64,000 bases of DNA, from the NCBI GenBank assembly GCA_965217035.1, contig OZ244226.1, forward strand, positions 2,772,146 through 2,836,145, given 5' to 3'. The translations under genes were made by a program, and so were the position numbers. Of the stretch, positions 10,200 through 19,483 are shown piece after piece. Numbering within the stretch: position 1 is the stretch's first letter; the number at the start of each line of letters is the position of its first letter. This stretch comes from Bacteriovoracaceae bacterium. GTDB taxonomy: Bacteria; Bdellovibrionota; Bacteriovoracia; Bacteriovoracales; Bacteriovoracaceae. A model generated the notes under the pieces. It searched no databases. It saw nothing but the letters and a program-made list of their open reading frames with translations, and was not told where the DNA came from.

Positions 10200-10499
10200 A
10201 TGAAGAAAAAGCAAAAAAACGTATTTGTCGGTTATTTATTTCCGAATGCCTACAACTCAGATGGGAAAACGGTAAAGTTTAGTTTGCATTGTCCTGATGG
10301 TGAATCTTATCTCGTCAATGGAGATCACTTACTCCAAAGAATGAGAAAGCTTTCTTTTTCAAGTGTCTTGATTCATGGGAACTTCAATAAGTTCTCTCAA
10401 GATATTATCAATGCCCAAAAAGTTTTTTCAGTTGATTACCATGATTCATCGAGCATTAGTTACGATGATGATATTTACCCACAAAAAATTTCAGCTTAA
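10200..10499 (+). CDS. small hypothetical protein
   Basis: GGAGG RBS, 99 aa, first gene of the unit divergent from the LysR. Confidence 0.7.
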   Translation: MKKKQKNVFVGYLFPNAYNSDGKTVKFSLHCPDGESYLVNGDHLLQRMRKLSFSSVLIHGNFNKFSQDIINAQKVFSVDYHDSSSISYDDDIYPQKISA

Positions 10500-10511
10500 C
10501 GAGGAGTCCTT

Positions 10512-11630
10512 ATGATTTATACAAAGTATATTCCATTAGATTATTTAATTAATTCAGAAGATTGCTTGCACTTAAGCTGCTACTTAAGCAATCAGTTTGG
10601 GCTACACTCACTGAAAAAACAAATCAATGCTGCGGTTAAGGAGTTTAAAGACTCATTATCAGGAGTGATTCTTCCCTCTGAAATAGAGGATTTACTCGAT
10701 CCATTTAAAAATTTTCAAAAAAATCACTCTCTCCTGAGTTCCTTGAGGGGTGGGGTTGGTATCTTTAGGAATCGTGATAAATTCATTATAGTCGATCTGC
10801 CCTTCGAAGTTGATGACTTAAATATCACAGCTTCTAGCTTTCATATTAAACCTCTTCTCTCTTGGTTTCAGACAGGAAGTAAGTATCTTGTTTTAGGGAT
10901 TCAAGAGACAAGGGCCTCTTTACAACTTGTTAATGGTGGTCGTGCTCAGGAAATTGGAACAATAGAGTATCTTGATGTTCTTCAGAAGTATCATGATGAT
11001 TTTCCTCTCGGTAAAACAAAAAATCAATTAACAAAGCAGCATTTAAATGAAGTGATGGATTGGATTAATGGATGGATTCTTAAAAATTCAATGAGTAAAT
11101 ACTTAAATCTTTATGTGGTTGGATCAAGATCATTAAGAAAAAGATTTATGTGGAGGACAACAATCTCTGATGCTTTTGAGATAGAAAAATTTGAAAGATT
11201 CAGTTTGAAAATCTTTGATAGCATTACGAATTGGATAAATAATCAGAATAGACGTGAGAAGAAATCTGAGATCTTAAATTTGAGATATGAATATGAAAAA
11301 CAGAAGGAGATTGGAATGACTTCTTCAAATATTTTTGAGATTGCGAAAGCTGCTGCCCGTGGTGACATAAAAAAATTAATTCTCTCTAAAAGTAATAATA
11401 TCTTTGGAACTCTTGACAATAGAAGTGGAGAGGTGAAAATTCATTATTCTCAACTTGATCATGAAGATGATTGCCTCTTAGATGATATTGCTCAACTTGT
11501 TCTAAAGAGAGATGGAGAAGTCTTGATCTTACCAGATGAAGATATGCCTGAAAGTGAACCTTTACTTGCAATATTAAAGAATACACATGAATCTTCGCTA
11601 CAAATTATGGAAACTCCTCTTGTGAGTTAG
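10512..11630 (+). CDS. bacterial archaeo-eukaryotic release factor family 3 (baeRF3)-like protein
   Basis: GAGGAG RBS; SFHIKPLL, IFEIAKAAARGDIKKL and C-terminal DDCLLDDIAQLVLKRDGEVLILPDEDMP..PLLAILK typical of baeRF3. Confidence 0.8.
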   Translation: MIYTKYIPLDYLINSEDCLHLSCYLSNQFGLHSLKKQINAAVKEFKDSLSGVILPSEIEDLLDPFKNFQKNHSLLSSLRGGVGIFRNRDKFIIVDLPFEVDDLNITASSFHIKPLLSWFQTGSKYLVLGIQETRASLQLVNGGRAQEIGTIEYLDVLQKYHDDFPLGKTKNQLTKQHLNEVMDWINGWILKNSMSKYLNLYVVGSRSLRKRFMWRTTISDAFEIEKFERFSLKIFDSITNWINNQNRREKKSEILNLRYEYEKQKEIGMTSSNIFEIAKAAARGDIKKLILSKSNNIFGTLDNRSGEVKIHYSQLDHEDDCLLDDIAQLVLKRDGEVLILPDEDMPESEPLLAILKNTHESSLQIMETPLVS

Positions 11631-11677
11631 TTAATTAAAGATAGTCTTGATGATTTAATATCTGTTAGGATTCTTTA

Positions 11678-12163
11678 ATGATTAAAAACTTCTCACCTCG
11701 TACAGCTCTCAAGATGATGAGATTTTGGCCTCCTTTCTGGGGAGCTGGAATCTCTGTAGAGTCAATCAATCATGACTTCACTGAAATTGTCGTTAAGATG
11801 CCTCTGACTAAGATGAATACTAACTATGTTGGAACTCATTTTGGAGGTTCTCTTTATAGTATGTGCGATCCTTTCTTCATGTTGATGCTGATTCAGCATA
11901 TGAAGAAAGATCATATTATTTGGGATCAGTCTGCGAGTATAAAGTTCGTTAAACCCGGAGTTGGGACGATGAGAGCGCGCTTTATAATAAGTTTAGAAGA
12001 GGTAGAACGTCTAAAGAGAGAGGCATTAAAGAACTTCAATCTCAGACCAATCTATAGCTGTGATGTTGTTGATAGCAATAATGAGGTGGTTGCTACTGTA
12101 GAAAAGCAACTTTACATACGGCGTAAAGACGCTAAAGAAAGATTCTCTAAGCAGAGTAATTAA
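11678..12163 (+). CDS. hot-dog fold thioesterase-like protein (DUF4442)
   Basis: WPPFWGAGI, NYVGTHFGGSLYSMCDPF, IWDQSASIKFVKPG. Confidence 0.88.
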   Translation: MIKNFSPRTALKMMRFWPPFWGAGISVESINHDFTEIVVKMPLTKMNTNYVGTHFGGSLYSMCDPFFMLMLIQHMKKDHIIWDQSASIKFVKPGVGTMRARFIISLEEVERLKREALKNFNLRPIYSCDVVDSNNEVVATVEKQLYIRRKDAKERFSKQSN

Positions 12164-12270
12164 CTCCATCTTAAGTCCAAATTGTCCCCGTCTCTAACAT
12201 TATTACAAATTTTCTTTGTTTAATTTAGTTTCATACTGACACTAAAATTTTGAAATTAAATTGAAATTTT

Positions 12271-12286
12271 TGGCACAGCAATTGCT
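12271..12286 (+). promoter_or_regulatory. sigma54 (-24/-12) promoter
   Basis: TGGCAC-AGCAA-TTGCT, exact GG-N10-GC consensus, 67 nt upstream of the 12353 ATG. Confidence 0.8.
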
Positions 12287-12352
12287 TTTAAAGAATTCAA
12301 GAGAATATTTCACGGATTGAAATAAATGAAACTAATTGTCCAAGGAGCAACT

Positions 12353-13171
12353 ATGTTTAAAAAATCATTCTTATGTTTATCTTTCGTTTTATCTTCACAG
12401 CTCTTTGCTGGTGAACTTGTTGATTCGGCCGTGTATCTACGATCATTGTCCGCGAAAATTCTCAAACTATCAGAGCGAGTCGACTATGGAAACTCATCTC
12501 CTGCTATGAGAAGAAAACTTAAGAAAGAAGTTAAGAAACTCATCAATGTCGGTAAAGAGATGAGATCGATGTTAGGAAGCGGAGGAGGTCCTGGAGGCGG
12601 ATATCCTATCGTCTCATATGAAGGAAAATGTCACATCGATGACGATCCAGATTTCACGCTCAATCAAAATGTTGTTGACGTGAGAAGTTCGAGTATTCAA
12701 GGTCTTATTTCAGATTGTCGAGTTCTTGCTCAAGCGATGTATCCAACTCGATCACATTCATCAGGTGTCGTGAAGGTTTATGCTGTTGGAAATCCTCCAA
12801 TTGGTGTTCAAAGTGGAGCTTGTCATATCGATGACGATCCAGACATGACTTTTGATCAATTCAATGTTGGAACTATTTATGGAAACTCCATTATCGATAT
12901 CATCGCAGACTGTGATGCTCTTGCTAAAAATATCTGGCAAGGAAATGCATCTTCAGGTCTTAAAACAATTAATAGCGGAGTTTCAATCCCATCAAATGCA
13001 GTTTCAGGAACCTGCCATATTGATGATGACCCTGATATGACTTTCAACCAGTTTGTTCCAGGTACTGTTTTTGGTTCATCAATTCAAGCAATCTCAGCTG
13101 ACTGCCAAGCACTTGCTGAGGCAACCTTTGGAAGCAATAGTGCTCACGGGCTTAGGGATATTCAATACTAA
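12353..13171 (+). CDS. secreted protein with three 64-aa CHIDDDPD repeats
   Basis: AAGGAG RBS before ATG 12353, signal peptide, helical N-domain, GSGGGPGGG linker, three Cys-paired repeats. Confidence 0.85.
   Translation: MFKKSFLCLSFVLSSQLFAGELVDSAVYLRSLSAKILKLSERVDYGNSSPAMRRKLKKEVKKLINVGKEMRSMLGSGGGPGGGYPIVSYEGKCHIDDDPDFTLNQNVVDVRSSSIQGLISDCRVLAQAMYPTRSHSSGVVKVYAVGNPPIGVQSGACHIDDDPDMTFDQFNVGTIYGNSIIDIIADCDALAKNIWQGNASSGLKTINSGVSIPSNAVSGTCHIDDDPDMTFNQFVPGTVFGSSIQAISADCQALAEATFGSNSAHGLRDIQY
12629..13168 (+). repeat. intragenic tandem repeat, 3 x 192 nt
   Basis: TGYCAYATYGATGAYGAYCCWGAY units start at 12629, 12821 and 13013 (exact 192-nt spacing). Confidence 0.9.
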
Positions 13172-13180
13172 TTCAATGCT

Positions 13181-13253
13181 GCGGGTTTTGATCGAATCCG
13201 CTTTTTCTTTTTGCTGTTCTCAGAAATCACTCCTGAAAGGGAGTGATTTTTTT
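13181..13253 (+). terminator. two tandem intrinsic terminators
   Basis: GCGGGTTT/GAATCCGC + T5 (13181-13206) and AAATCACTCC-TGAAAG-GGAGTGATTT + T-run (13224-13253). Confidence 0.75.
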
Positions 13254-13457
13254 ATACTCTCTTTTCAAATAAAGTCCCCTCAAAAGTCTATTACTGACAT
13301 CGGAGAGGGGAATGATTTCTCTTTAAATGATTCTGGTTCAAGTAGCTACCTGGATGTCCTTTCTCAAAAAAGCTTTTCTTGTGAATAAAATTTAAACATT
13401 TTTTGTAATTCCTACAATCAGATTATCTATAATATGTAGACGAGTTATTCTATAAGG

Positions 13458-14441
13458 GTGATCTGTTTATTGATAACCTTTCTATTTCCATTCTCTCTAT
13501 GGGCACAAGAGTTGCCAAAAATTACTTTTGATAATTATATTCGAAATGATTTAAGAAAAGAGCCTGAATCTTTAGGAAACCAATTCCAGTTACGTCACAA
13601 AATAAGAATTTCTTATCAAATAACTCCTGAGCTGAGTGCGCATTCTTCACTCTCAAGTGGATCAAGTTATAACTCGGAGTGGAATACTCCGGGAGAAGAA
13701 AATTATGACTTTAATCTTCGAAATCTCTATCTTGAATATGAGAAAGGTAATGTTCGAATTCAGGCAGGAAGTATTCCGACATTTAAAGGTTATAAGTCGT
13801 CGCTGAATCTCGATAAAAATGGATGGATTGATAAAGGTGTCCGTTTTAAATTTAAGCATCAATCATCAATCTTTGAATTGGTCGCTGGAAGCGTTGATAA
13901 CGTCGATGCGCCAGAATTCTTTCAAAGACAATCGGGAGATATGAACTATCTTGAGTTCGAAGTGACTAAGATTATTGATCCGACTACTGTTTTAGAGCTT
14001 GGCTATGATCATCTTGAAGAAAATTACTTAAGAGGAGAGGTTAGAAAAGACTTTAATTTTATCCGTTCTCATCTTTTAAAACTTTCAGTTCAAGGGGTTT
14101 ATAATACGAATCAAGAGAATATTGCTAATTCTTTTGAGGTTTTACTCAAAGGTGGGAAAAATGACAGTTGGACTTCTCAATTTGATTATACTCTTCGTTA
14201 TGTGAATGTCGATCAAGGCTTTGGTCAAAGAGGTCAACTTATTGATGAATTTCGATTCGAGGGTAGCCAGCTTACAAATATTTTGAGTTTTACTCCTAAG
14301 AAAGCAAAAAATTTAGAGTTCTTTCTTCGTACGATTCACAATGTTATTAAAGACGATGTGAATTTTGATTATCGAATCAATGGTGGGCTTAGGTGGCGAC
14401 TTAAGAGCAAAAAGAAGAAAGTTGTTGAAGAACGGCCTTAA
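13458..14441 (+). CDS. putative outer-membrane beta-barrel / porin-like protein
   Basis: Signal peptide, alternating strands (LRNLYLEY, VRIQAG, YRINGGLRW). Confidence 0.6.
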   Translation: MICLLITFLFPFSLWAQELPKITFDNYIRNDLRKEPESLGNQFQLRHKIRISYQITPELSAHSSLSSGSSYNSEWNTPGEENYDFNLRNLYLEYEKGNVRIQAGSIPTFKGYKSSLNLDKNGWIDKGVRFKFKHQSSIFELVAGSVDNVDAPEFFQRQSGDMNYLEFEVTKIIDPTTVLELGYDHLEENYLRGEVRKDFNFIRSHLLKLSVQGVYNTNQENIANSFEVLLKGGKNDSWTSQFDYTLRYVNVDQGFGQRGQLIDEFRFEGSQLTNILSFTPKKAKNLEFFLRTIHNVIKDDVNFDYRINGGLRWRLKSKKKKVVEERP

Positions 14442-15078
14442 GGTTATCAGGAAGATCTTCTTTGATTATAATTTTTTCATCAAGTAGAGGGTGTTGGAAT
14501 TCGATTCGGTCACAGTGAAGAAATAAGCGATCGAGTCCATAGACCTTCTCAAAATGTCTATTCACTGAACCTTTTCCATGTTTTCGATCCCCGATAAGCG
14601 GCATGATTGCTTTTCTAAAATGTCTTCTGATCTGATGATAGCGCCCAGTTTTAATTTTGACTTCTGTGAAAGTACAAAATTCTTTCTCGAAATAGCTAAG
14701 TGCTTTATAAAGAGTAAGGGCCTCTTGGCGAATATCGCTCTTATCAGTCTTAAAAACTCCCTGTTTTGAAAGAGAAGAGTTAAATTCTCCTGAGCCTTCT
14801 AGCTTTCCACGATGAAGACATTTATATTGCTTGAGAGTTGAAGGATAATGCCAAATTTCTTGAAAGTCTCGAACAACTTCAGGAGATTTGGCAAATAAGC
14901 ATATTCCGGAAACAGGCCTGTCTAATCGATTAATAGCATAGACATATTGACCAAGAGAGTTTCGAACATCAAAGAGGAGACAATTCTTTGAACTTCTTTC
15001 ACCGGGCATAGGGTGAATCCATTGCTTTGGTTTCTTGCTAACAGCAATTAAAAATTCGTCTTGGTAGAGAGCTTCCAT
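14401..15078 (-). CDS. truC: RluA-family pseudouridine synthase, TruC-like
   Basis: INRLDRPVSG catalytic motif, TGRYHQIRRH, LIGDRKHG, RLFLH. Confidence 0.8.
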   Translation of the reverse strand: MEALYQDEFLIAVSKKPKQWIHPMPGERSSKNCLLFDVRNSLGQYVYAINRLDRPVSGICLFAKSPEVVRDFQEIWHYPSTLKQYKCLHRGKLEGSGEFNSSLSKQGVFKTDKSDIRQEALTLYKALSYFEKEFCTFTEVKIKTGRYHQIRRHFRKAIMPLIGDRKHGKGSVNRHFEKVYGLDRLFLHCDRIEFQHPLLDEKIIIKEDLPDNLKAVLQQLSSFCS

Positions 15079-15692
15079 ATATTTTCAGTTGCTGCTGTTA
15101 TTCTTTTTAATCCTCCAGAAATCTCAACACTTTCTAGAAGTTCGATATGAAAATTTTCTTGATAATGCTTTTGGACTTCTTGAGTTGAAATTGAAAAAGG
15201 AGGTCCAGACATTTCGCTTTGGTCGTAATCAAAAGTAATGAGAAGCTGTTGAGCATTTGTGAGTTTTCTGAGGTGCTGGGTATAACGTCTACGCATTTCT
15301 AGAGGAAGGGCAACTAAGGAGGCCCTATCATAGACGAGATCAATTGAGCTAAGGTCATTCTGGTTAAGTTCAAAGAAATCTCCAACGAAGATCTTCAAGC
15401 TTTCTGATTGATAAATTTTGAAACTTCCTTGTGTCGAAATCTCTGGTTCAAGGTTTGATCCTTGAAAATACTCTTGAATGGCCTGTTCTGAGAGTTCGAC
15501 TCCAACGACTTTAAAACCTTGTTTTGTTAACCAGGTCATATCAAAAGTTTTTCCACATAAAGGAACAAAAATCTTTTTTCCTATTTTGAGATTTAAATGG
15601 GGAAAATACTTAATGAAAAGATGATTGCCTTCCGATTGATGGAAGGCCGTATCTTGATTCTCCCATTTTTCTAGCCAGAATTTTTTTTCCAT
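15048..15692 (-). CDS. tpm: thiopurine S-methyltransferase
   Basis: FWLEKW, IFVPLCGKTFDM, YDRASLVALP, SGPPFS. Confidence 0.93.
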   Translation of the reverse strand: MEKKFWLEKWENQDTAFHQSEGNHLFIKYFPHLNLKIGKKIFVPLCGKTFDMTWLTKQGFKVVGVELSEQAIQEYFQGSNLEPEISTQGSFKIYQSESLKIFVGDFFELNQNDLSSIDLVYDRASLVALPLEMRRRYTQHLRKLTNAQQLLITFDYDQSEMSGPPFSISTQEVQKHYQENFHIELLESVEISGGLKRITAATENIWKLSTKTNF

Positions 15693-15791
15693 TAATTTAT
15701 CCAGAAAAGAATATTATCTTTGTCTTTTTGGTGAATTCTTCCATAAAAAACATAACCACTAATAGGCTTACTTGTTCTCTACGGATTTTAT

Positions 15792-15816
15792 AAAAAGCCC
15801 CTCCGAAGAGGGACTT
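15792..15816 (-). terminator. intrinsic terminator
   Basis: Minus strand GTCCCTC-TTCG-GAGGGGC followed by T5, 10 nt after the 15827 stop. Confidence 0.85.
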
Positions 15817-15826
15817 ATCAAAGAGA

Positions 15827-18244
15827 CTATTTATGATGTTTGGGTTTTGTAGAGAGCTTCGGAGCAAACTTCTTAAGTTGTTGAAGGAAATATTTCTTTT
15901 TCCCTCTGACTCGGTTTTTTCCTCCATTATTAACTTTCTTAGCAAGAAGCTCAGCGACTTTATTGTATTCTTCTTTAGCTTGGTTTGTAAGCTTTCTTGA
16001 AGATTTTGCTTCTTGGTATGATCTTTGAAGAGACCCAACAATCGTAGCTGCGATCTTGTTAAGGTTTCTTTTATTCCAACGAATATTTCCATTTGCAAGA
16101 TCAGCATCAAGACTTGTTTCAAATTCTGAAATCAGTTTTCCTACTCGAACTGATTTAGAGTCGGATCCCGTATTGCTTGTCTGATTAGTGACGATTGCAC
16201 TGAAGTATTTAGAGAAGGCATCATCAGAAGAAAGTCCAAGGCTTACTGAGTTGTCTTGCTTGTGAGTTATCTTATTTGAAAGAATACTTTCAGCTCTAAC
16301 TGCAATTCCACCTTTTGCAATGATAGTCATCGGATCAAGATCTGTAAGAGTAAGAACAACTTCCTGAGTATTCCCTCCACCAATCTTGAGAACGTTCTTC
16401 TCAACAGAAGTATTTGTGATTGTGTTACTTAAACGAACCATTGGGAATGCAGGAGTTTCAACACTTGATGGATTTTCAAGGACAACAGTTGCCGTAATTT
16501 TACCTTGTAAGAAATCGAGCGTCGGACTTGTGCTTTTAACTTCTACATATTCTCTAACAAGAAGGCCTTCAAGTTTGCTAACAATAAGCTCGCTAGAAAC
16601 TTCGTTCAAGTTACTTGGGTTATCGAGAATCATATTGACGTTAATTCTCTGACGGGCTTGAGTATCATTTGAGATTGATCCTATAATTCCTGTTTCAGTA
16701 GAAGTTCTCTGAAGACTTGCAGGTGTAAACTGGTGACCCATTTGATTGGCAACAACATCAACTGAGTCTTTAACTCTCATTGTGACAGGCCTTGCCACTT
16801 CTCCAAGGTTCGTTACACTAAGAGCGACTGAAAGAGCTTCACCTGGTCTGTAGATACCATCATTCATATTTCCAATAACTCTCGCGTCGTTAATTTCAAC
16901 AACGGGATTATTTTCAAAGATGTTGATCAGTCTGCGAAAGCTTGCAAGGTAGATCTTCTCTGCTTCTTCTGCATACTTCTGAGCAGAAACAAGCTTATAT
17001 CGACTATCATAAGCATTTTTTCTTGCAGTATTTTCAGCAACATCCTCACCGATGAAACGTCCAAGAATCTTTGAAGCTTCGTATTTCTCAAGTCCTTCTT
17101 GATGATACTCTTGAGAAGCGTATTGCTTAGCAAAGTAGAGGTTGTAAGAGTTCTTGAAAGCATCTTGGTAATTTCTCTGAAGAACTTTAAGTTCGTCAGT
17201 ATTTACTTTTCTTGTGACTGTTTCATTATGAGAGAAAACTTTCTCTTGCTCATAAACAGGTGACCCATCTGGGTTCAATTTTGGTGTTCCATCTGGGTTA
17301 AGAACTGGAATAACTTGTCCGTTCTCATCGAGTTTGTTAACCCACTTATAGCGAGCAACAGTTTCAGTGATCGTTTTGTTTTTTAGACCTTGATAGTTTT
17401 GATAAAGATCAAGATTAGCTTCATCTGTATTATAAACATCCCACGCCCAAGATCCATTCTTCCATCCATACTTTTGAAAGTTACGAGTTCTTCTTGCACG
17501 GAAGTAATCCCAGATCGTTAATTGAGGAAGTCCTCTTCGACCAAAAATTGTCGAAGTCACATCACAAAGTGAACGTGCGTGTTGCCCCTGGAGGTAATAA
17601 GATTTTCTGGCAGCAATTTTATCATTAAAGGGAGAGTTCGCTGTGATGTATCCTTCTCTGAGAGCATCTTGAAAATCTCCACCTTGAACTGTTCCATTAG
17701 CGATATCTGACTCATAACCATCATCAAAACCATCAAAAGTAATTGGTGGCATATTTGGAGTCTTATCTGGAAGGACTTGGTTTCCATTATCAGCTTGGTT
17801 AATAACTTCCCTGTAACGACGAATGATTTGATCCGCTGATTCAGTTGTTGCAGTGTTACCAGCATGAACTTTTGCTCTTCGAACAGCAGTGTTCATTGTT
17901 GATTGAGCAACATAAGCTTCAGCTTCTTTAATCATTTCAGCTGTTGGGTTAACCCCAGCAGAATAACCATCCCAAATACCTTGGTAATAACCATCGATAC
18001 AACCGAGATACTTACCAGCTCTTTTTGCATATTTCTCGGCCATCCATCGAGCAGCAGCGACACCATCACGACAAGCAACACCAGTGTGTTGTGTATTGTC
18101 TGAGTCTGTGTGCTGACAGATGATACCTTGAATGTTTGCAGGTGGGTTAAAGATTGTGTTCAAATCATTTACTGTTCCTGAATAACTTTGTGAAAAAGCT
18201 GTCGGTACAACAGATAATAAAACGGATACTAGTAGTTTCTTCAT
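15827..18244 (-). CDS. large secreted hypothetical protein with Ig-like (CARDB-like) domains
   Basis: AGGGAG RBS before ATG 18244 (MKKLLVSVLL), helical Tyr-rich N-half, GIYRPGEALSVALSVTNLG Ig-like segment. Confidence 0.8.
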   Translation of the reverse strand: MKKLLVSVLLSVVPTAFSQSYSGTVNDLNTIFNPPANIQGIICQHTDSDNTQHTGVACRDGVAAARWMAEKYAKRAGKYLGCIDGYYQGIWDGYSAGVNPTAEMIKEAEAYVAQSTMNTAVRRAKVHAGNTATTESADQIIRRYREVINQADNGNQVLPDKTPNMPPITFDGFDDGYESDIANGTVQGGDFQDALREGYITANSPFNDKIAARKSYYLQGQHARSLCDVTSTIFGRRGLPQLTIWDYFRARRTRNFQKYGWKNGSWAWDVYNTDEANLDLYQNYQGLKNKTITETVARYKWVNKLDENGQVIPVLNPDGTPKLNPDGSPVYEQEKVFSHNETVTRKVNTDELKVLQRNYQDAFKNSYNLYFAKQYASQEYHQEGLEKYEASKILGRFIGEDVAENTARKNAYDSRYKLVSAQKYAEEAEKIYLASFRRLINIFENNPVVEINDARVIGNMNDGIYRPGEALSVALSVTNLGEVARPVTMRVKDSVDVVANQMGHQFTPASLQRTSTETGIIGSISNDTQARQRINVNMILDNPSNLNEVSSELIVSKLEGLLVREYVEVKSTSPTLDFLQGKITATVVLENPSSVETPAFPMVRLSNTITNTSVEKNVLKIGGGNTQEVVLTLTDLDPMTIIAKGGIAVRAESILSNKITHKQDNSVSLGLSSDDAFSKYFSAIVTNQTSNTGSDSKSVRVGKLISEFETSLDADLANGNIRWNKRNLNKIAATIVGSLQRSYQEAKSSRKLTNQAKEEYNKVAELLAKKVNNGGKNRVRGKKKYFLQQLKKFAPKLSTKPKHHK

Positions 18245-18400
18245 TGTTTCTCCCTTCGGTATTCCGTAATCATTTGTTCGTGGTATTGGAGATCGTTTTG
18301 ACCATGCCAACCCTGCTAAACAAGATTATTTAATAAGTCTTATTATGAATTTTTTACAAGGTTCTAATCATTTCGTCTATTGAATGCTATTTGGAATTAA

Positions 18401-19483
18401 ATGAAACTTATTACGTCAGTTCTTTTATTTATGCTTTGCGTCCCCATTCTTGCTTGTGAGGTGAAGGTTTTAAATTCCTGTAGGGATGGATTTACCAAGA
18501 ATATAAGCCAATCAAAGGTAAGGTCGGCCACCAAGGCCCTAAACCGAGATCAGTTACTTAGAAAAGAAATTGATCAGTTATATAATGTGGTCACAACTGA
18601 CCACACACATCAAGACTTCTTTAATGATTTTTTGAAGCTTGCTAAGCTCGCGAAGAGTTTTGCTACTTGTGAGTCGGATCAAGAAAATTCGAAACTCTAT
18701 TGTTTGAGACTGACCCTTGCGCCCATTATTTACTATGGTTATGGAGAGGGGCATCTCGATGCGACAGCAACTATTCTTTTATTGTCGAAGCTTAAAAGTC
18801 CTAAAAAAGCCGCCTTTACTGGAGAGTTAAATCATTACGCACTCAAGATTAAGCTTTTGAGAAAGAGCTACCTTTTAAGACAAAAGAAAGTCTCAAATGA
18901 AGGATCACCACTTTCTAAGAAGAAATATTTAAAACGCTTTGGAAAACTTAAACGTTTAACTCCAAGGCAAAATACTTTGTATAAGTATAATTATTCTCAG
19001 ATCAAAAAAATGGGAAAGATTATGCAGACCCTGGAGAAGCGAATTCTCGCTCAAAGTTCGGGTCTTTATTATGATTATGATGGAGATGGGACTCCTGATG
19101 AGGTGTATGAACTTGATGAAGCTGAGAAATATCGGATGAGTGTAAAACTCTTAAGATTAGAACTTGAAAAGCAATCTTTCTCTGATGGAGTGTTTGCTGA
19201 TGAGAAACCCGATTATCATGATCTTTTAGTCGCCAGTAATGAACTTGGCCTTGTTTCGGACGAAGATCTTGAAGCGATGATTGAGCTTCCATATCTATAT
19301 GAAGAAAAACCGACCTTTTGGCAAAAAGCTAAAAGTATAACTTGGGATATAGGGAAGGGAGTTGTGATGGCAATTCCTGGAGTGAACCTTTATTCGATTA
19401 TACCGATTGTTCTTGTTGAAAGTTATTCTAAAGCAAAGGAGAAAGCAGGTGAGACTTCTGACCTTCATCTTTTTACTTTCTAG
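18401..19483 (+). CDS. secreted hypothetical protein with DxDGDG loop and hydrophobic C-terminal segment
   Basis: Signal peptide; DYDGDGTPDE; IGKGVVMAIPGVNLYSIIPIVLV. Confidence 0.75.
   Translation: MKLITSVLLFMLCVPILACEVKVLNSCRDGFTKNISQSKVRSATKALNRDQLLRKEIDQLYNVVTTDHTHQDFFNDFLKLAKLAKSFATCESDQENSKLYCLRLTLAPIIYYGYGEGHLDATATILLLSKLKSPKKAAFTGELNHYALKIKLLRKSYLLRQKKVSNEGSPLSKKKYLKRFGKLKRLTPRQNTLYKYNYSQIKKMGKIMQTLEKRILAQSSGLYYDYDGDGTPDEVYELDEAEKYRMSVKLLRLELEKQSFSDGVFADEKPDYHDLLVASNELGLVSDEDLEAMIELPYLYEEKPTFWQKAKSITWDIGKGVVMAIPGVNLYSIIPIVLVESYSKAKEKAGETSDLHLFTF

Noticed and set aside
12629..13168. Regularly spaced DNA repeats as a possible CRISPR array
   Set aside because: 192-nt period, in-frame, varying at synonymous positions: protein repeats; no cas genes
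15697..16122. 141-aa minus-strand ORF
   Set aside because: Out-of-frame overlap with the 3' end of the 805-aa gene and runs through its terminator
18293..18310. TTGGCATGG sigma54 -24-like element upstream of the 805-aa gene
   Set aside because: The -12 position reads AAAC instead of TTGC
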